A DNA stretch of 23,389 nucleotides from Chiloscyllium plagiosum. Its lineage: Eukaryota. The notes under the pieces are model-generated. The model searched no databases, was not told the origin of the DNA, and saw only the letters and a list, made by a program, of their open reading frames with translations. Each line of letters starts with the position of its first letter. Position 1 is the stretch's first letter. Where the stretch lies: NCBI RefSeq assembly GCF_004010195.1, contig NC_057728.1, forward strand, positions 48,901,152 through 48,924,540, given 5' to 3'. Shown here one piece after another: positions 20,572 through 23,389 of the stretch. The position numbers and the translations under genes are program-made.

Positions 20572-22238
20572 TATAGAGTCAGAGATGTACAGCACGGAAA
20601 CAGACCCTTCAGTCCAACCTGCCCATGCCGACCAGATATCCCAACCCAATCTAGTCCCACCTGCCAGCACCCGGCCCACATCCCTCCAAACCCTTCCTAT
20701 TCATATACCCATCCAAATGCCTCTTAAATGTTGCAATTGTACCAGCCTCCACCACTTCCANNNNNNNNNNNNNNNNNNNNNNNNNNNNNNNNNNNNNNNN
20801 NNNNNNNNNNNNNNNNNNNNNNNNNNNNNNNNNNNNNNNNNNNNNNNNNNNNNNNNNNNNNNNNNNNNNNNNNNNNNNNNNNNNNNNNNNNNNNNNNNNN
20901 NNNNNNNNNNNNNNNNNNNNNNNNNNNNNNNNNNNNNNNNNNNNNNNNNNNNNNNNNNNNNNNNNNNNNNNNNNNNNNNNNNNNNNNNNNNNNNNNNNNN
21001 NNNNNNNNNNNNNNNNNNNNNNNNNNNNNNNNNNNNNNNNNNNNNNNNNNNNNNNNNNNNNNNNNNNNNNNNNNNNNNNNNNNNNNNNNNNNNNNNNNNN
21101 NNNNNNNNNNNNNNNNNNNNNNNNNNNNNNNNNNNNNNNNNNNNNNNNNNNNNNNNNNNNNNNNNNNNNNNNNNNNNNNNNNNNNNNNNNNNNNNNNNNN
21201 NNNNNNNNNNNNNNNNNNNNNNNNNNNNNNNNNNNNNNNNNNNNNNNNNNNNNNNNNNNNNNNNNNNNNNNNNNNNNNNNNNNNNNNNNNNNNNNNNNNN
21301 NNNNNNNNNNNNNNNNNNNNNNNNNNNNNNNNNNNNNNNNNNNNNNNNNNNNNNNNNNNNNNNNNNNNNNNNNNNNNNNNNNNNNNNNNNNNNNNNNNNN
21401 NNNNNNNNNNNNNNNNNNNNNNNNNNNNNNNNNNNNNNNNNNNNNNNNNNNNNNNNNNNNNNNNNNNNNNNNNNNNNNNNNNNNNNNNNNNNNNNNNNNN
21501 NNNNNNNNNNNNNNNNNNNNNNNNNNNNNNNNNNNNNNNNNNNNNNNNNNNNNNNNNNNNNNNNNNNNNNNNNNNNNNNAAACTCAATCAAGTTTGTGAG
21601 ACCTGATTTCCCATGCACAAAGCCATGTTGACTATCCCTAATCAGTCCTTGTCTTTCCAAATACATGTACATCCTGTCCCTCAGGACTCCCTCCAACAAC
21701 TTGCCAACGACCCACGTCAGGCTCACCGGTCTATCGTTCCCTGGCTTGTCTTTACCACCCTTCTTAAACAGTGGCACCACGTTTGCCAACCTTCAGTCTT
21801 CCGGCACCTCACCTGGGACTATCGATGATACAAATATCTCAGCAAGAGGCCAAGCAATCACTACTCTAGCTTCCCACAGAGTTCTCAGGTACACCTGATC
21901 AGGTCCTGGGGATTTATCCACCTTTAACCGTTTCAATACATCCAGCACTTCCTCCTCTGTAATCTGGACATTTTGCAAGATGTCACCATCTATTTCCCTA
22001 CAGTCTATATCTTCCACATTCTTTTCCACAGTAAATGCTGATGCAAAATATTCAGTTAGTATCTCCCCCATTTTCTGTGGCTCCACACAAAGGCTGCCTT
22101 GCTAATCTTTGAGGGGCCCTATTCTCTCCCTAGTTATCCTTTTGTCCTTAACTCTTTGGATTCTCCTTAATTCTATTTGCCAAAGCTATCTCATGTCCCC
22201 GTTTTGCCCTCCTGATTTCCCTCTTAAGTATCCTCCTC
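20572..22238 (-). mobile_element. CR1/HER1-type LINE (same subfamily as 15718-17902) spanning an assembly gap
   Basis: 20572-20760 matches the 3' UTR, and 21580-22238 matches ~16010-16678 in reverse complement. Confidence 0.95.
20761..21579. other. Assembly gap (819 N)
   Basis: Run of N. Confidence 1.
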
Positions 22239-22240
22239 AC

Positions 22241-23389
22241 TAATTAAAATGAATGTCCTGCCCCGTCTCCTATACCCTATGAGAATGCTTCCGGTGATGC
22301 TGCCGAGGCTGGCACTATGTAAATTATATGGCTGATTGGGTTCCTTTATCTGGAAACATAGACGGCCCCTCATTAAGCTGAAGAAGCTACAGCTTCCACA
22401 GGCAAGGGGAGGATCGGACTTCCCAGATTTTAGGACATATCAGTTAAGTCCCTTATTAAGTTACAGAGCTGATTGGGTCTTGTTTGATCCACAATCAACA
22501 TGGCTGGACATCGAAGCTTCTCAAGTAAAATGCCCACTTATTAACCTTTTATTTTCAGACAAGAGGAAAATCATTACAGATCACTGTAAAAACCCTATAA
22601 TACTAAATACAATTAAAGCTTGGAATATAATGCGGCAAAATGAGGGCAACTCACATAAAACATCCCCCTATGCGCCGATAGTGGGAGCATGGGGATTCCA
22701 ACCGGGGTTTACAGAGGCCACTTTTAAACTCTGGAGATTCAGGGGTATCTCATGTCTAGGGGACCTATTTGCAGATGGGGTACTGATGTCTTTTGAACAG
22801 CTGCGTCAGAAATTCGGATTACCTAATGGAGACCTCTATCGATACTTCCAAATTCGAGACTATATACAGAAGACGACGACCTATAAGATAGTCTTTATAA
22901 ATCAGATAGAGAATGTAGAGTACTACGGCCAATGGGGGTATCCGCCATCAGTACTATTTATCATTTACTACATGATGAAGTATCGGGAGATATGGACAAT
23001 CTGCTTAAAACATGGGATCAGGAATTGGGACTAGAAATCTCTATAGAAACGTGGAATGACATTTGGGAAAACGCCAGAAGAATCACCATTTGTAACAGAA
23101 CTCAGGCTACCCAGCTGAAGATACTTCATAGGGCCCATATAGCACCGGATCACTTGGCAAAATGTTAGGCAGGAGCATCTCCAATGTGTCCCAAATGTAA
23201 AATAGAGGTGGGCACTCTTGTACATTGTCTATGGACCTGTCATAAGATCCGTAGATACTGGACTAAAGTAGCAATTTTAGGAACAGAAATTAAAGTGGAT
23301 CTTGTATCTCTCCTTTTGGGCTTTTTGAACTTTCCCTCCCTGGACATGCACGGGAACAGACTATTTTCTATTCTCTCTTTCTGTGCAAG
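22241..23389 (+). mobile_element. L1-clade LINE ORF2 C-terminal region, degenerate
   Basis: LIKMNVLPRLLYP, FIWK..RP, LP..RGG..FPDF, YRYFQIRDYI, QLKILHR and zinc knuckle CPKC..GTLVHCLWTC. In-frame stops and a frameshift. Confidence 0.88.

Noticed and set aside
20585..21789. Long ORFs of 287-362 aa
   Set aside because: Artefacts of translating the N gap.
1..23389. CRISPR array, tRNA or prokaryotic system
   Set aside because: No repeat-spacer array; tRNA-like boxes belong to SINE heads; the window is spliced vertebrate DNA.

Overview
Eukaryotic, repeat-rich vertebrate DNA, very probably from a shark. This is inferred from HE1 V-SINEs with (AATCT)n tails, their CR1/HER1-type partner LINEs and Penelope elements. 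On the minus strand lie the last two coding exons and 3' UTR of FRS2 (13376-13213 and 7827-6874). Downstream is a CpG-island promoter with an ATG|GT first exon at 1920-1918, most likely CCT2 by FRS2-CCT2 synteny. Between the two genes is a frameshifted PUF60 RRM fragment that the ORF track misses. The rest is nested transposon debris: HE1 SINEs, CR1, L2 and L1 LINEs, a Tigger-like MITE and a Penelope element with inverted pseudo-LTRs. There are also about ten minimal type I hammerhead-ribozyme motifs from at least four sequence families, several heading short non-coding elements with 9-12 bp target duplications or arranged as head-to-head palindromes. Shark FRS2 here carries a natural Tyr-to-Phe change at one Grb2 docking site. 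An 819-N gap interrupts one CR1. All family and gene calls are from recall, without database searches.
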